Assembly (NCBI GenBank): GCA_965112155.1 | Contig: OZ218107.1 | Source: Podarcis liolepis | Taxonomy: Eukaryota | Direction: 5' to 3' (one strand) | Length of the DNA: 64,000 bases | Part shown: piece by piece, positions 51,443-64,000 of the stretch | How the letters are laid out: each line of letters starts with the position of its first letter | How positions within the stretch are numbered: position 1 is the stretch's first letter | Program-made: the position numbers and the translations under genes | Notes under the pieces: model-generated | What the model saw: only the letters and a program-made list of their open reading frames with translations | Database searches by the model: none | Told to the model about the DNA's origin: nothing

Positions 51443-51631
51443 CTGAAAAGGAACAGAAAAGGGATATAGTTAGAGCAAGGGTAATGCTAATAAATGTATC
51501 ATACAAGTTACTTCACAGTTCAGATAGGGTGTGCAAGAAAAACACACTCAACACTAGACCCGATTCTGATACACATACTGGCTACAGATAGTTATGCCAA
51601 CCTTTCATTTGAAGTCCAACAGAGATTCTGC

Positions 51632-51833
51632 CTTCAGGTTACAGACTCCACTAACCCAGAAATATTACCTCAGGTTAAGAACTTTGCTTCAGGATGAGAA
51701 CAGAAATCGTGCTCCGGCGGCACACCGGCAGCAGGAGGCCTCATTAGCTAAAGTGGTGTTTCAGGTTAAGAACAATTTCATGTTAAGAACAGACCTCCAG
51801 AACGAATTAAGTTCTTAACCCAAGGTACCACTG
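51632..51833. mobile_element. pogo/Tigger-type MITE, one TIR missing (PHF5A intron 3)
   Basis: Body matches the 57631 copy and ends aggtaccactg. Confidence 0.8.
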
Positions 51834-54811
51834 CACACTATTTTAGGATAGTGCTGCAATTCAATTTTATCTACCAGGGGCGTATGAATTCTACATCCAG
51901 AATAAGTTGCACAAAGCTCCTTTATTTAATCTGGCCTTGGTGTTTGGGGCTTTGCAGAATTTGGAGTGTTTTTGCAAAGACAGAGGGATTAAAAGATCCA
52001 AAGTCATACTCGGCAGACCCATGAAAATCAAGATTTAAGTTAGTGATGGCTGACTTACTGTAAGTCCATTGATTTAATTGGTCTACTCCAAGTATGACAT
52101 GGCTACCCAAAAAAAGCAGGCATGGACAGTGAGAAATATTAAGAGCTGTACAGAACAAGAATATTAAGCACTTTGCAAGCCCAACTCAAAAACTTTGCTT
52201 CAGCTTTCTGCAGATACACCAGCATATTTTCAGATTTATCTAAACCACCATAAGAGCTAGAAAATGAAAAAGCAATTGAAAGCCAATATGTGAGCTCCTC
52301 AAGAAGTCAAATAGCATGCTGCTGTTCAACTTTACAGAATTTGATGGCTTGAGGTAGTTCCTGAAGAAAGAACTGTTCTGAAATGCACTGAGCTGTAATG
52401 AATCTCAGTTGGCACTTTTGAGAAGCTTCTCCATTTTGCATTCTTTCTCATTTCTGTGGCACCTTACAGACTGCTACTGGCATGCAGTTTTCGAAACTCC
52501 CATTGTGACAGGGAATTTCCTTAGCGCGAGCAGTTTCTGAGCTCTGGGTGCAGTACTGCGCCTAAGATTTCAGACTAAAAATTGCAGAGTGGAAGGAAAG
52601 GAGGACCCTTTTCTGCCTCCCCACTTCCAGCTACTCTCTGAAGACTGGAGAAGAGACCGTCTGAAAAATATTAGGAGGGTTGGCAGGGGAAGGAGTAGAG
52701 CACGTGAAAAATGAACATAATATCTTAGCTGCAGTTCATTCATTTTCAGCTTTGTATGCTTGTTATAAAAAAAGCGCACCTAGACATTCTGTTGCTGCAC
52801 CCATAACATAGGTTCAAGGTGCCATTTGGCTCCTATCTTCCATATCTCAGTTTCTAACACTACTGGCATGGCAGCTAAAGGGTTAGGCAGGTAGAAGATC
52901 ATTTGCTGTTGAATATGCCAGGGTAGTTTGGATTCAGGGTAGGCAAGGACTGCTTATTGTTCCAAGAGCTGCTGTGAAGGGATGAAGGAACAGAGCGTGG
53001 TACAGTTACAGCTGGAGGAACCCACCTTACAGATAATTTTCAGTTACATTTAAGCTGATAGATCTGTGAACTTTTTGCAGGGTACTGGATTCTCTTCACC
53101 AACCTACCCGCTCAGCAGATGCAATATTTTCCTCAGTTTACACTTTCACACAGGAAATCAATAAATACCTCCCCAGTCTGAAGTGACACATTTTGTGCGT
53201 GCCCTATGCCACGTTTTCTGGAGGGCCACTTTCATTACTGTGCGATCAGTTGCAAACAGTTGCAGACAGGGCGCCCACACAACTCTTAAAGGTGAAGGAG
53301 CCCTGGCCTCTTTTTCACTTGGCTACCCTATTGTATTCACTGACAAACTTCCCACAAGTATAGAAATAGCTTTAAAACCAGTTCCAACTGCACTTCATGG
53401 CCTCGCCATTTTAGCATCTGTCTGATTTGGAGAGGATCCTCTTCATAGAATTCCATCTTAACCTGGGTGCAGCAGTACTTTATGCTAAAAGAACCCATTG
53501 TTACTGACCCATTTTCTTCATATTGTCTAGCAGCCCTAGTGCCTTCTTTTCTGTCTACAGCTGAGACGAGTTTATGCACACATTCAACATGCACTCAACT
53601 GTAGAATCCAATGTCGACTTACTCATAAAGCATCTATCACACCATAGATGGCCCTAATGTCACAGCATCTCAAACAGTACTTTTAAATGGAGGTAGTCAA
53701 TACACATTCAACTGCAAATCATCAAGTAATGTATATGCAAATTCAAAAAGCCTTTCCTTTTTAAAAAACCCCTCCTCCCAAGCTCTTCCTACACAGTTAG
53801 TATCAGACAGAATGAAGCTAATTGTCAGCTACTCCATTTTCAAGAGCCATGCTCTCTACTTCTGCTGATTTTTCAACTCAAATGTGAGATGGCTGGGTAG
53901 GAACAAGGTCACTTCTATTGTCCCTGCGTAGCAACCAGCAAAACAGGTGCATTTCACTTTATAGATAATTGCATTTCTGTGGTACAATTGGAGCAGCAAG
54001 GTGAAAAAAGAGAGCACAGGAGCTCCTGCACCTTTAAAAGATGTACCTTCCCTCTTCTCTACAACTATTAAAGATGCATGAGCCCTGACCTATTTTTCAC
54101 AAGGCCACTTTAGAGTCAAGGCATTTTTCCCTGTACTCATTCATTGTTAAAACAGTCTGAATCTGCTCTTACTGTAAGGGTTTCTGGTACAGAAGAACAC
54201 CAGCTCTACTGTGGCAACATTGTAATACCCACCCTCAGACAAAAATATAAGGTGTCCCAAATTCATAGAAGGGACCCTGAGGGTCATCTAGTCTAACCCC
54301 CTGCAACGGAGGAATCTCAACAAGTGACATTACAAAGGAATTTGTAGGACTGGCGACAAAATCTGATACCATTGCTACTTACAAACCACCCCACCCCAAG
54401 ACTGCTAACCCAGATTGCTGTTTAGAATATTACTACACTACAACGGCTAGTAGTTGATACTATAATTTTATATTAAAGGTTCAACTGCCAATGCTGATTT
54501 TTATTTTTTAAACCCCTGTCCTTGATCTCTTGTAATCTAAGGCATGAATGAAATCTGTCTACTGGTTTGCAGCCATAAGTTATTTTAGAAGAGTTTGAAA
54601 TTATAAATTATGTTTGTTTTAGGGCCCTTTTGAAAGAGACAAGTATGAATAGGCCTTTATTGAAGGTAGTGGACATGAGAGCATATAGATATTAGAATAT
54701 AAGCATCCCAGGCTTCAGATGTTTACCAACACATGGGCCAACGATAATATTTAAGAACAAACAATTGCAACTTAGAGAGCGGAAAAATGCAAACCCCTGT
54801 AACAATCTTAC

Positions 54812-54978
54812 ATCTTTCTCCTGGATGGTGCATTCTTTACAGTAGTATGCATCAGAGACACCAGGACCTCCACATATCACACAGCGCCCTTGATAAGACC
54901 CATAGTTGCACTCATCACATATGCGCACCAGTGTGCAGGGCCGCACATAAGAGTCACAAATAACACACTTGCCATCAC
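54812..54978 (-). CDS. PHF5A: PHF5A coding exon 3 (167 nt)
   Basis: tgcag|GT GAT GGC AAG... encodes [55 protein letters not shown], then |gtaag. Confidence 0.97.
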
Positions 54979-57272
54979 CTGCAAAATAAGTACACGTATT
55001 TCAAGTGAAAGAAAAGATGCAGACAAGCCACCCACAGAAAGAATATACACAGCTTATTAGATTACCCACAGAACATGCTACAAAAGCAAGGCGTTAACTG
55101 GGTTTGCTTCCAGGCAGATGTGTTTAAGGTGGAGTTGCCACACCCCAAATACAATGGCTTGAGTTGTTTACAGATAAAAGCCCAAAGCAATTGGCATTTG
55201 ATTGAACTTCTCCATAAACCAGTCTGCCACATTTTTTGAATTTTTTTAATCATAGGTAACACCAAATCAGCATCTCTGTGCACGGATGAACACAGAATGC
55301 TGCATCACAGATACATCAATCATATAATGCCCATGCAATCTTCTACACTTGAAAGGTATATTCAGTCATCTTCTTTTCTTAATTTGGCTTTAGGAAAGGC
55401 TGAACGGGGAAGTGCACACATACATAATTGAAGCCATTATTGTTGTAGATAGCTCTTGAGGTATGGAACCAAAGTTAGCAAGTAAGTAAATAGCCAACAG
55501 ATGGCAATGACAAGCACTGCCAGCCTGGACCATATCCAAGCAAATGACTTAAAGACGAAGAGCTTCATATCCCATTACCCTCGTCCATCTAATCTTTATT
55601 CCTACTAAGGACTTGTTTAACTTGCTCTTTCTTTCGGAAGGTGAACAAATTCTTTTTAAGAATGCTGCTGATAATCTCCTGGGTAACAGCTACAGTAGAC
55701 CATCTTATAGTTTCCCCCCAGTACTGCTGTATTTCTAGTTTCGAGGATGGGGCAGGAGTAGGGAGTCATTTCATTTGTGTGGCAAGTAGCCCTGGGAAGC
55801 ACCCAAGTGCAGCACCTTCTACTCTCTTACTCTGCATCCCTGGGCTGAAAAAGCATCTCTTTCCTGTCTGCAATAGCTTGTGTTGTTATCCTGTCCTTTT
55901 ATGACCAGGAGAGACAGCATATGTTACCCCAATAGCGATATTAGGAAAAGCCATAATCTGCCCATAACTTCATCCTTTCTGACATCCTTTTATTCCTTCT
56001 GACATCTTTTACTTCTGCCTAGTTTCACCTCAAAATGCACACTAGCTAGCCTGGTCATTATGTGGCCTGAAGTTTTGCTTTCACTTTACAGGTACCTGTG
56101 CTTTTTAAGGACCAGAGGAACAGGTGCAATAGTGCTTTGGAGACTCCGGAGTGCAGGTGTTTTTTCAACACAAGGGCTGCATTCTTTTCTGGGCAGCCTT
56201 CCTGGAGCTACATGCCAATGGTGGGTAGGGTGAGGTGGGGCAAAAGTGGGCATGGCACCAAATTTAAATTTTACCTTTGTAAAATAGCCTAGTTTCTATG
56301 CACACTCAATCAACCCTCTCTATCTTCCATCCATGAGTACAAGAGGAATTATCAGAGTTCAAGGACACATTCCAGCCAGGCAAGAGCTCCTGGGGTGTGA
56401 AGCATGGTCAGTGAGGTGTGTACTGGCGTGAGTTCCAGGGGCCAGGCAGAAAGGCCTGGAATTTGGCCCTTGAGCCTGAATTTCGCTGCCCCTGATTAGC
56501 ACACATGCTAATGCATGTGTGACTGTTACGTCTTAAAATGCCAGTAAAGACAGCTGCAGAATATCAGGAATGCTAAGAGTGTTTTCTGTGGGCTGGATTG
56601 GACAAAAGTCCAAAGCATGATGTGGTGCATCAAGAAGCCTGTGGCTGGTGCACACCTTCCTTCTTTTCACAGGTGCCTTGCTTTCCTGGTCTGCTTCCTT
56701 GAAGTCTTAAGTTGCCAGTGCCAAACTATGGTTTAACGTTACATCTGAAACAGCCCATGGTCTCTTCAGACATTCTAAGTTTGAGAAAAATGTAGCTACA
56801 GTAGTACTGGAGCAACACAGACATCCCTGCTTAACATTGCAAAGCTCTTAGGAAGCATGAAGTTAAAGGGGGACTGGAGGGAATGGCTGCCATGTTTTGA
56901 TACATTTTTCAACCCTTTCCTTTCTTCTCTTAAACTCTTACCAACTTTTTTCACCCCTTACAATCTATATAGCATTGATCCACCATGACTACTTTATTTT
57001 TAAATTATCTAAAGTAAACATATAGGTATGTTGCCAATTTGTATATTCCTTCTCTTGGGTTTAGATTAGAAAATGTTTCAGACAGGTTTAGGTGAAAAGC
57101 TGAAGTTTCTCAAGTCTATGGCAAGTCTTGAACATCCAAGCTGCAGTTATATACTAATTTGCCTGGGAGTACGTTTCAGTGAACATACTGTAGTGGGAAA
57201 ATTCTGAATATGCAAATACAGGATTATACTACATGTGTAACTAGAATTTTAAACTTAAAATGGCATCATACT

Positions 57273-57405
57273 CAGTGCTTGTTTTCAGGGGGTACTCAAG
57301 AGTATGCACTAGCAACACCTCTTTTTGTTGTTAAAAAGTGTGGCACTTACTGTAACAACTTCATGGTGAGTATTGGCACCTATTTTTCTAGAAAAAAATG
57401 CACTG
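57273..57405. mobile_element. Small MITE (PHF5A intron 2)
   Basis: Imperfect TIR CAGTGCTTGTTTTC/GAAAAAAATGCACTG. Confidence 0.6.
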
Positions 57406-57529
57406 GTTATACCTATAAGTGTAATTACATTTTAGAAGACAGACTTTACTCAGCTTGGAAGAAATCCTGATTCACAATATTGGGCTCTAAATCACAGAAG
57501 ACACACAGTATGTAAAAAGCTATACTCAC

Positions 57530-57553
57530 ATTTTTCACATAGTCGTCCAATAG
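57530..57553 (-). CDS. PHF5A: PHF5A coding exon 2 (24 nt)
   Basis: ttgcag|CT ATT GGA CGA CTA TGT GAA AAA T|gtgag encodes (A)IGRLCEK(C). Confidence 0.95.
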
Positions 57554-57630
57554 CTGCAATAAAAATGGAGAAAAATGAATAACATTCATTTGGAAATTCT
57601 GAAAGTTCCACATTATTTCTAGAATCTGTA

Positions 57631-57855
57631 CAGTGGTACCTCGGGTTATAGACGCTTCAGGTTACAGACTCCGCTAACCCAGAAATAGTACCTCGGGTTA
57701 AGAACTTTGCTTCAGGATGAGAACAGAAATTGTGTTCCAGCAGCACGGCGGCAGCAGGAGGCCCCATTAGCTAAAGTGGTCTTCAGGTTAAGAACAGTTT
57801 CAAGTTAAGAACGGACCTCCAGAATGAATTAAGTTCTTAACCTGAGGTACCACTG
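57631..57855. mobile_element. pogo/Tigger-type MITE (PHF5A intron 1)
   Basis: TIRs and TA TSD. Confidence 0.9.
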
Positions 57856-59499
57856 TACTACTCTTCAAGATTAACCTTATATTCAGGTGGGGATGGGTGA
57901 ACTATGAGAGAATAATAGGTTTTAAAGGCAATTAACTAAAATGTTTAATAAAAACTTTTGGTATTCTGTGAGAAGATCCTATCCAGACTGATATTCGGGG
58001 CTGGTCCTATCCATGCTTAGTCAAAGGTAAACTGAACGAACTTTAATCAGTGAGTAGCTAGATACAGTGCAGTGGCAGAAAGGCCACATGGCACAAAGTA
58101 CGAGAGTATATTTTAAGAAACAGCCTTTATATTTTCCCTTCAGTTTCAAACATTGGGACCTGTTTCCAGGCACGTGTTTTTAGGAATGCAACCGTAGGCT
58201 TTCACTGTTAATACGTTATTGGCAGGACTAAACTTAAAGCAAACATAATCTTTCCTCACTCTGCCTAATGTGTTTTGCCAAGATTAGAGCTTGTCATTTT
58301 CAAAACAGCAGTAAGAATGTAATACTCATAGGGAATGAAGGCAAAGAATGCGCTATTTTGATGAAAATACAAATAGCAAAGCCTTATGTCTTATGTACGT
58401 CACAGGCCGAGAGTGATGCAGCATCATGTAAACTTACAACTTCCAGAGGTAAATGAGAGGGCTGGAGGCCCAAAACCTGTAGTTGTATGGTAGGAAAATC
58501 TTGTAGCAAGTATGATTAAAAAAAATTAAAAATCCTTGCTGCTAAGAAGCAGTTAATAAAATATCAGTTAAAAGCAGGAGGGGACAGAAATGTAGGACAT
58601 TAGATATGACTATGTGACTCATGTAAAACTGTTGTAACTGATACAACATTCATTCCACTTTAAGCAAGTACTGTATTTGGTTGCAAGAAGATCTCCTCTT
58701 TTGCAGCCCAGCTAGCTGAAATCCTTTTAATTAGATGCTAGTGATTGATCAGAACTTAAGTGTGCAAATCATGTTCCAATATTATACAGCAGGACCTAAA
58801 TGCTTCCATCTACAAGCCACAATGATGCAGCAGATATACAGTACTTGTTTTTCCATCTAGGTCTGCTTATGACAGCTGCAGGGTTGGCATACGAACACTG
58901 CACTGTGTTAAGGAATATCTGACGGGGGCGGGAGAGAGAGGAACAGTGATGGGCTCCAGAGATGCATATGCATGCAATATAAACCATCCTAGGGGCCAGT
59001 TGGCAACTTGAGGATAGGAGAGCCATTAAGGAGCAACTACTTTATGCAGAACTTATGCTCTGAATTCAGCTATCACGGCTAACGGTTAAACGGACTAGAC
59101 CTCGGCTGATTTAAAGCTCCTTCTAAAGCCACCTAAGCCTGCGACTATCACTGCATCTGAGGGCACGGAATCCCCCGAGTTCACTGCCGCTTGCGAGATG
59201 ATGAGAATGAGGTTTCGCCAGTCCATTTCTGAATCTCCCGCCGATCCGATTTCATTGGGCGGCTCCGACTTCAGCCACAACGAGTGAGGCCCAAGCGCGC
59301 CGGTTCGCAATTCCGTTTCAGACGTGAGGCCTCGCCGCGTTTTGCCGTTTGGACCAGGGCAGAAGTCAGTCGAGCCTCGGAGACCCGGACGGTGGGGCCT
59401 TCCCGGCCGCTGCTCTCCGCCCGCCTCCCGCCGCGCGCGCAGCCCAGGCACCCCGAGGCTCCCGGTCCGAGAGAAAAGGGAAAGGAAGGGGGGCCTCAC

Positions 59500-59551
59500 C
59501 CACGCCCGCCTGCTTGCGGCAGAAGATCAAATCCGGGTGGTGCTTGGCCAT
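59500..59551 (-). CDS. PHF5A: PHD finger-like domain-containing protein 5A (SF3b subunit), coding exon 1 (52 nt)
   Basis: MAKHHPDLIFCRKQAGV, followed by a G|GTGAG donor at 59499. Confidence 0.97.
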
Positions 59552-60413
59552 CCCTGAACCCCTTCGCCTCGCGCCGCTGTCGTTACTGGCCTTTCACCTT
59601 TGACCCCTTCAGGTCCTGGGGAAAGCGGAGGTCCTACACACTCGCCCACCTCCACACAAACCGGCTTTTAATTCCCTTTCGCGCGCTACCGCGCCGGATT
59701 ACCACACTCGAATATCCCGCAAATAAATAACCTGTTTCTTCGTAGCCCTTATAATATCTTTAGAAGAGGGGAAATGTCGGCAATTTACAACTCTCTCTCT
59801 CTCTCTCTCTCTCAGGACCTTGCAGAATACCGCCCTCTCGACTGACGTCATTAGCACGCTAGAGTTTGGACCCATTTTTCAGACGGGCAGCGTAGAGTTA
59901 GACTTGAAACGCTTACAGAGGCCTCAACTTTCGTTTGCTTTCCCTCTCTAAGGGCGGAAGTGAGAGTTGCTCATAGAAATTTGGGGAGGAATTTACGATG
60001 CTAGCGTAGCAACCCGAGGCAGAAATAAGATAATACTCCTAATGTTGCTACTTTTTTTTTCCTGGGTGAACACGCTGCTCCTCCTCAGTCAGCTATGCTA
60101 AGCTAATAGACTTCCCCATTGATTTGTACAGGCAGCCTTATTTTCGGTACTATTGTAGTTGGACAGGTTATACGTATGCCAACGTAAGCCCGGAAATTTC
60201 CATTTTTTTAAAAGGTGGACTTCTCTGCATTTTCTTATCACTATGTACTATTCTTGACGAGGAAACCGGTTTCCTGTGGAGAAGTCACGCCTCCGGAAGT
60301 ACTTTGTTTCCACGTGCCCGCTTCTATTTAAAAGAAGACTTGATGGGCGCGGCTTAGGCCCCGCCTACGAGGCACGTCCTTTAAAACCCCCGTGTGACGC
60401 TATCGCGCGGCGA
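59552..60413. promoter_or_regulatory. PHF5A/ACO2 bidirectional CpG-island promoter
   Basis: 885 bp between the divergent ATGs. CRE TGACGTCA 59843-59850, ETS CCGGAAGT 60293-60300, E-box CACGTG 60311-60316, DR1-like GGGTCAAAGGTGA (minus) 59594-59606, GC boxes. Confidence 0.8.
59791..59813. repeat. (CT)n microsatellite inside the PHF5A/ACO2 promoter
   Basis: Read directly. Confidence 0.95.
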
Positions 60414-60442
60414 CTTCATCTTTGTCAGTGAACAAAATGGCG
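60414..60442 (+). promoter_or_regulatory. ACO2: Iron-responsive element (IRE) in the ACO2 5'UTR, overlapping the start codon
   Basis: CAT-C(bulge, 60420)-TTTGT-CAGTGA-ACAAA-ATG: 5-bp upper stem, CAGUGN loop, lower stem pairing with the AUG. Confidence 0.92.
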
Positions 60443-60472
60443 CCGTACTGTGTCCTAGTCAGTCGGTTACAG
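60437..60472 (+). CDS. ACO2: Aconitate hydratase, mitochondrial, coding exon 1 (transit peptide start); rest of gene beyond window
   Basis: ATG GCG CCG TAC TGT GTC CTA GTC AGT CGG TTA CAG|gtgag = MAPYCVLVSRLQ (human MAPYSLLVTRLQ). Head-to-head with PHF5A, with an IRE immediately upstream. Confidence 0.93.
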
Positions 60473-61647
60473 GTGAGTCTGGTACCCGTAGACTCGGTTA
60501 TGGGCAGAGCAAGCGGTAGAAGCTGAGTGTAGCTGGCGGAGTCGGCAGTGGGGGTCGAGGCCTGCGCGCCCCTCGCTGCTCTTCGGGCTCGGCATTCCGC
60601 TTCCTCGCTGTAGGTCAATGTGTCCCCCATGCCGGTCCCGCCTGTGACTCCCTGCAAGCAAGGAGGGATGTTTGCTTGGCAGTACCATAGAAAGGCCTGG
60701 CATGCCAACCCATGAACACTAGCGAAGGCTTCGTGCTGTCTCCGGGGTGGTGCGCTGTCTGGTGGGGCCCCGCTCACGAACTCAAGGTGAGGGCAAGGTT
60801 ACTGGGGTTCTGCGCCGCCGCTGGCTTCCATCCACACTCGGCATTTATAAGCGACGCATTGTACCGTTATGCATGCAGTCGTATTGATAGATGGATTTTT
60901 ATAACCTGCACACGGTAGGTGGCATAGGAATTCACTTTTCAGCAATAGGCCTCTTCCCTGTGGCTTGTTTCACACAAATAGTTCCCCAAATTTTACGCTA
61001 CAAATTATGCACAGAACTTCTTTTGGTTAACCTCTCTAGCCCTACAATCCTGTATACACTCTTATTTGGGTGAGCCACTCAATAGGGTTTCCTTCTGAGT
61101 AAAAATGTAGAAATTTTTCTGTAAAACCTATGCACCAAATAGTCAAGCTGTAAATGTTAGATGTATTGTTACTTTTAGAAACAGGTCAGGCTTAGGCATG
61201 AGATGGACATGCATAACTTTGTATGCTGCCTTTCCGTAGTTCAAACCATGCTCAGGACAGTTTGCAACATAAAAAATACATAATTACACACATAACAAAA
61301 GTAGACACAAACAATAAATACCAAAAGTTCACAAATTAAACAATTTCCACATAAATAATAATATTTAAAATAAAGATACCAAAAAAAAAAATGATTACAG
61401 CAGCAACCCCACTCAACAAAACCCCCTAAAAAGTACCCCAGTCCAAGAGTCTGTTCAGCATCCTTAACTTTTGTAGCTGGTATCAATCAGGATCCTGCCC
61501 GCCCAGGCCAGGTGGGTAAAAGCCTGCAGGGCAGGGAGCAGGTCTTCCAGGACTCTCAGCCAAGATGGACACCAACACTGCAGACAGGATGAACTTGAAG
61601 CTAAGATTGTTGGTTTATGAAAGAGATACCATGTGCATAAGGGAATA

Positions 61648-61873
61648 CAGTGGTACCTTGGGTTAAGTACTTAATTCGTTCTGGAGGTCCGTTCTTAACC
61701 TGAAACTGTTCTTAACCTGAAACACCACTTTAGCTAATGTGGCCTCCTGCTGCTGCCGCATCGCCGGAACACGATTTCTGTTCTCATCCTGAAGCAAAGT
61801 TCTTAACCTGAGGTACTATTTCTGGGTTAGTGGAGTATGTAACCTGAAGCGTATGTAACCCAAGGTACCACTT
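61648..61873. mobile_element. pogo/Tigger-type MITE (ACO2 intron 1)
   Basis: TA|cagtggtaccttggg...aaggtaccactt|TA. Confidence 0.88.
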
Positions 61874-64000
61874 TAATACTTACATTGGGGCCTCAATGGT
61901 GCTTGTTAATGGGTTCTGAAGACTCAAGAGATACTGTTGCTGATACCAGCCTGTAGATACCAGCTTTCATTTCCCCCAAGTGGGACAAATTGATTTCTCG
62001 GCACCCCTACTTCATATAGCCCTCTTCATTCTCTCTACTTGTTGAAAAGTCTGCTTGCTTGACCATAATAAAGAACGTTGCCCAATCCACATATTCAACA
62101 TTCATTTTCCCTGAAACAGTATCTTCCAATATCTTCCATTGATATAAAGTCAGGTCATATTAGGGACACTGAAGATCCAGTATGCAGCATACTGAAAACA
62201 GTTATTTTCTTTACCAAAACTAGCTCCCTGCACAGTGATGTTTTGTTTCCCCCCACTCCATTTATCCCTTAGTCACTTACATTGAGTAAGAGTGTATGGA
62301 GGGGACACACTCTGTGATTATTTCTACTCGAGGGCTTGCATGCTACTTCTGAACAGTCAGCCCTGAGGGAGGAATTTGTGCTGGATCTTCTAGCTGTTTG
62401 GTCCATCAGCTGCCAATCAAGTATAAACCCTGCTGCTGAAGGTGGTAGATCATCAATAAGCACACTCTTATACTGTTAATGGATACAGGTGGTGACCATT
62501 TCACATGGGAGTTCAATTCCGAGAATCCATGCACATCGGCGGAGCATGTATAAGCTCAAAAGAACCCATGTCTCAGTGATCGTGCATCAATTGGACATTT
62601 CTAAAATGGTTGCCGCCTGTACAGAGTTCCCTTTAAAAGTACTGGGAAGCTGCTAGAAGCTTAGCTGTATTGTGACTATACTACACAGTCAGAACTATAC
62701 CGTATATAGTAGCAGTGTGAGGGAAAGCAGTTCTGTTCTGGACAGTTCCAGTTTTATTTAAGAAGCAAGATACTGTGGAGGTGGCAAGCAGAGAATAGAA
62801 TTGGAAAAGTAACAGCTGTGTTAGAGTTTTGAGAGGTATATGCTAACTTCAGGTAGAAGGAGAGATTGCACACCAATAAGCTGACAATGGAATGAGGCTT
62901 TCAAGACCAACTCTGAAAGACTGCTGTGGGGACTGAAAATTCAGTGAAGTTTGGGATTGCATCTTAAGATTTGAAACAGTATTTAGAGTAAGGGTGGCTA
63001 ACCTTTGGCCTTCTAGATGCTGATAGACCACAATTCCACTTATCCCTGACTTATTGGACATGTTGACTGGAGCTGATATGAGTTGGAGTTCAACAATATC
63101 TGGAGGTTAGCCACCCCTATTTTAGGAGGCTTTATGTACAACTAGGGGAAAAGTTTGAAGAGGAAAAGTAGAACACATACTTGTGGGGGTGTAATGTTGA
63201 CATGTTTACAAAAATGCCATTGTGGTTGGCCAAGGACCTATGACTGAACTGAGACTTAATCCTGTGACCAGTGGTAATGGTGCTGCTTAAACACCTCTTT
63301 CCCTTCATAATTACCGTAAGCTATCTACCTGGAATGTCTCATGTGCAAATTCTGTTAACATGAATGTCACACTAATTTCAGTGGGATTGCGCAAGAGGCA
63401 TTCCTCATGTATTGTACTTTTAGTCATGATGGCTTTGAGGTAACATGTGAACCGCTCACTCAAAATGTCAATAGGAGCAGAAAAATGAGTGAAATCACAA
63501 ACAATGTTGCCTAGATTTGTATTTTGGGTTATGAAGTGAACAGTTTTCCAATTGTAGTTCCATTTAACTAAAGCAATAGGCAGAAAATCTAAAGCAGAGT
63601 CAGTGTTTTTAATATTCCGCACAAAGTGATGAATCTCAGAGAAGTCAAATTGAGGATTGGAGTCTTGAGTCACTTCCTTTCTCAGTAGAATTTTGTACTA
63701 AGATTTTTCAGGACAGATTTATGCAAGAAATTGTGAAGGTGGCTGACCATTACTTGATCAGATTTTAAACTGAAAGCTGTTTTAAGATCTGCTGACTTCT
63801 TCAGTCATACAAGGACATAAAGACAGCTTTGGCTACAATCCTAAGTACCTTTACTAGGGAGTACCATTTGACTAAATAGGATTTACTCCTGAATAAGCAT
63901 TATTAAGATTGCAGTATTGTGTTTGTCAGTCTCATATTAAAAATATCTCTTAAAATTTGAAAGCTGGAAGCTTGCTCAGGGATAGTGACAGCAACTGACA

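Noticed and set aside
54692-54811. C-terminal part of the 84-aa ORF after PHF5A exon 3
   Set aside because: Read-through past the GTAAG donor into intron 3.
59095-60918. ORFs spanning the PHF5A/ACO2 CpG island
   Set aside because: Only the short first exons are coding; the rest are GC-rich by-products.
61200-62620. Peptide fragments (LLSLYML, HGFS, HLY) on the minus strand
   Set aside because: At most a heavily decayed L2 RT remnant with multiple stops and frameshifts; too weak to annotate.
63311-63673. 120-aa antisense ORF in ACO2 intron 1, considered as a possible endogenous viral element
   Set aside because: GTG start, in-frame stop 9 codons upstream and no motif I recognise; a tBLASTn/HMM search would settle it.

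Overview
Vertebrate nuclear DNA from a squamate reptile, probably a lacertid lizard (Sauria SINEs, BovB, CR1/L2 remnants, pogo/Tigger and hAT MITEs). It covers the conserved TOB2-PHF5A-ACO2 block. TOB2 (minus strand) has a single coding exon at 32342-33367 (341 aa), a ~3.3 kb 3'UTR and CpG-rich upstream promoter regions. PHF5A (minus strand) is complete, with 4 exons (110 aa). ACO2 exon 1 (plus strand) carries a 5' iron-responsive element and lies head-to-head with PHF5A. The first ~6.4 kb look like the 3'UTR of an upstream plus-strand gene (TEF by synteny, not provable here). The most notable non-genic feature is a young Penelope-like insertion at 22.7-22.9 kb: a perfect 94-bp inverted repeat with a 12-bp TSD and an intact minimal hammerhead ribozyme motif on each strand. 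An unrelated insertion at 0.62-0.89 kb has the same fold-back architecture. Two different Sauria SINEs sit in one target site, leaving a triple TSD. Candidate enhancers (E-box+D-box; CRE+MEF2+TEAD) lie between the putative TEF 3' end and TOB2. No prokaryotic systems or CRISPR arrays are present. All calls were made by eye; no database search was run.
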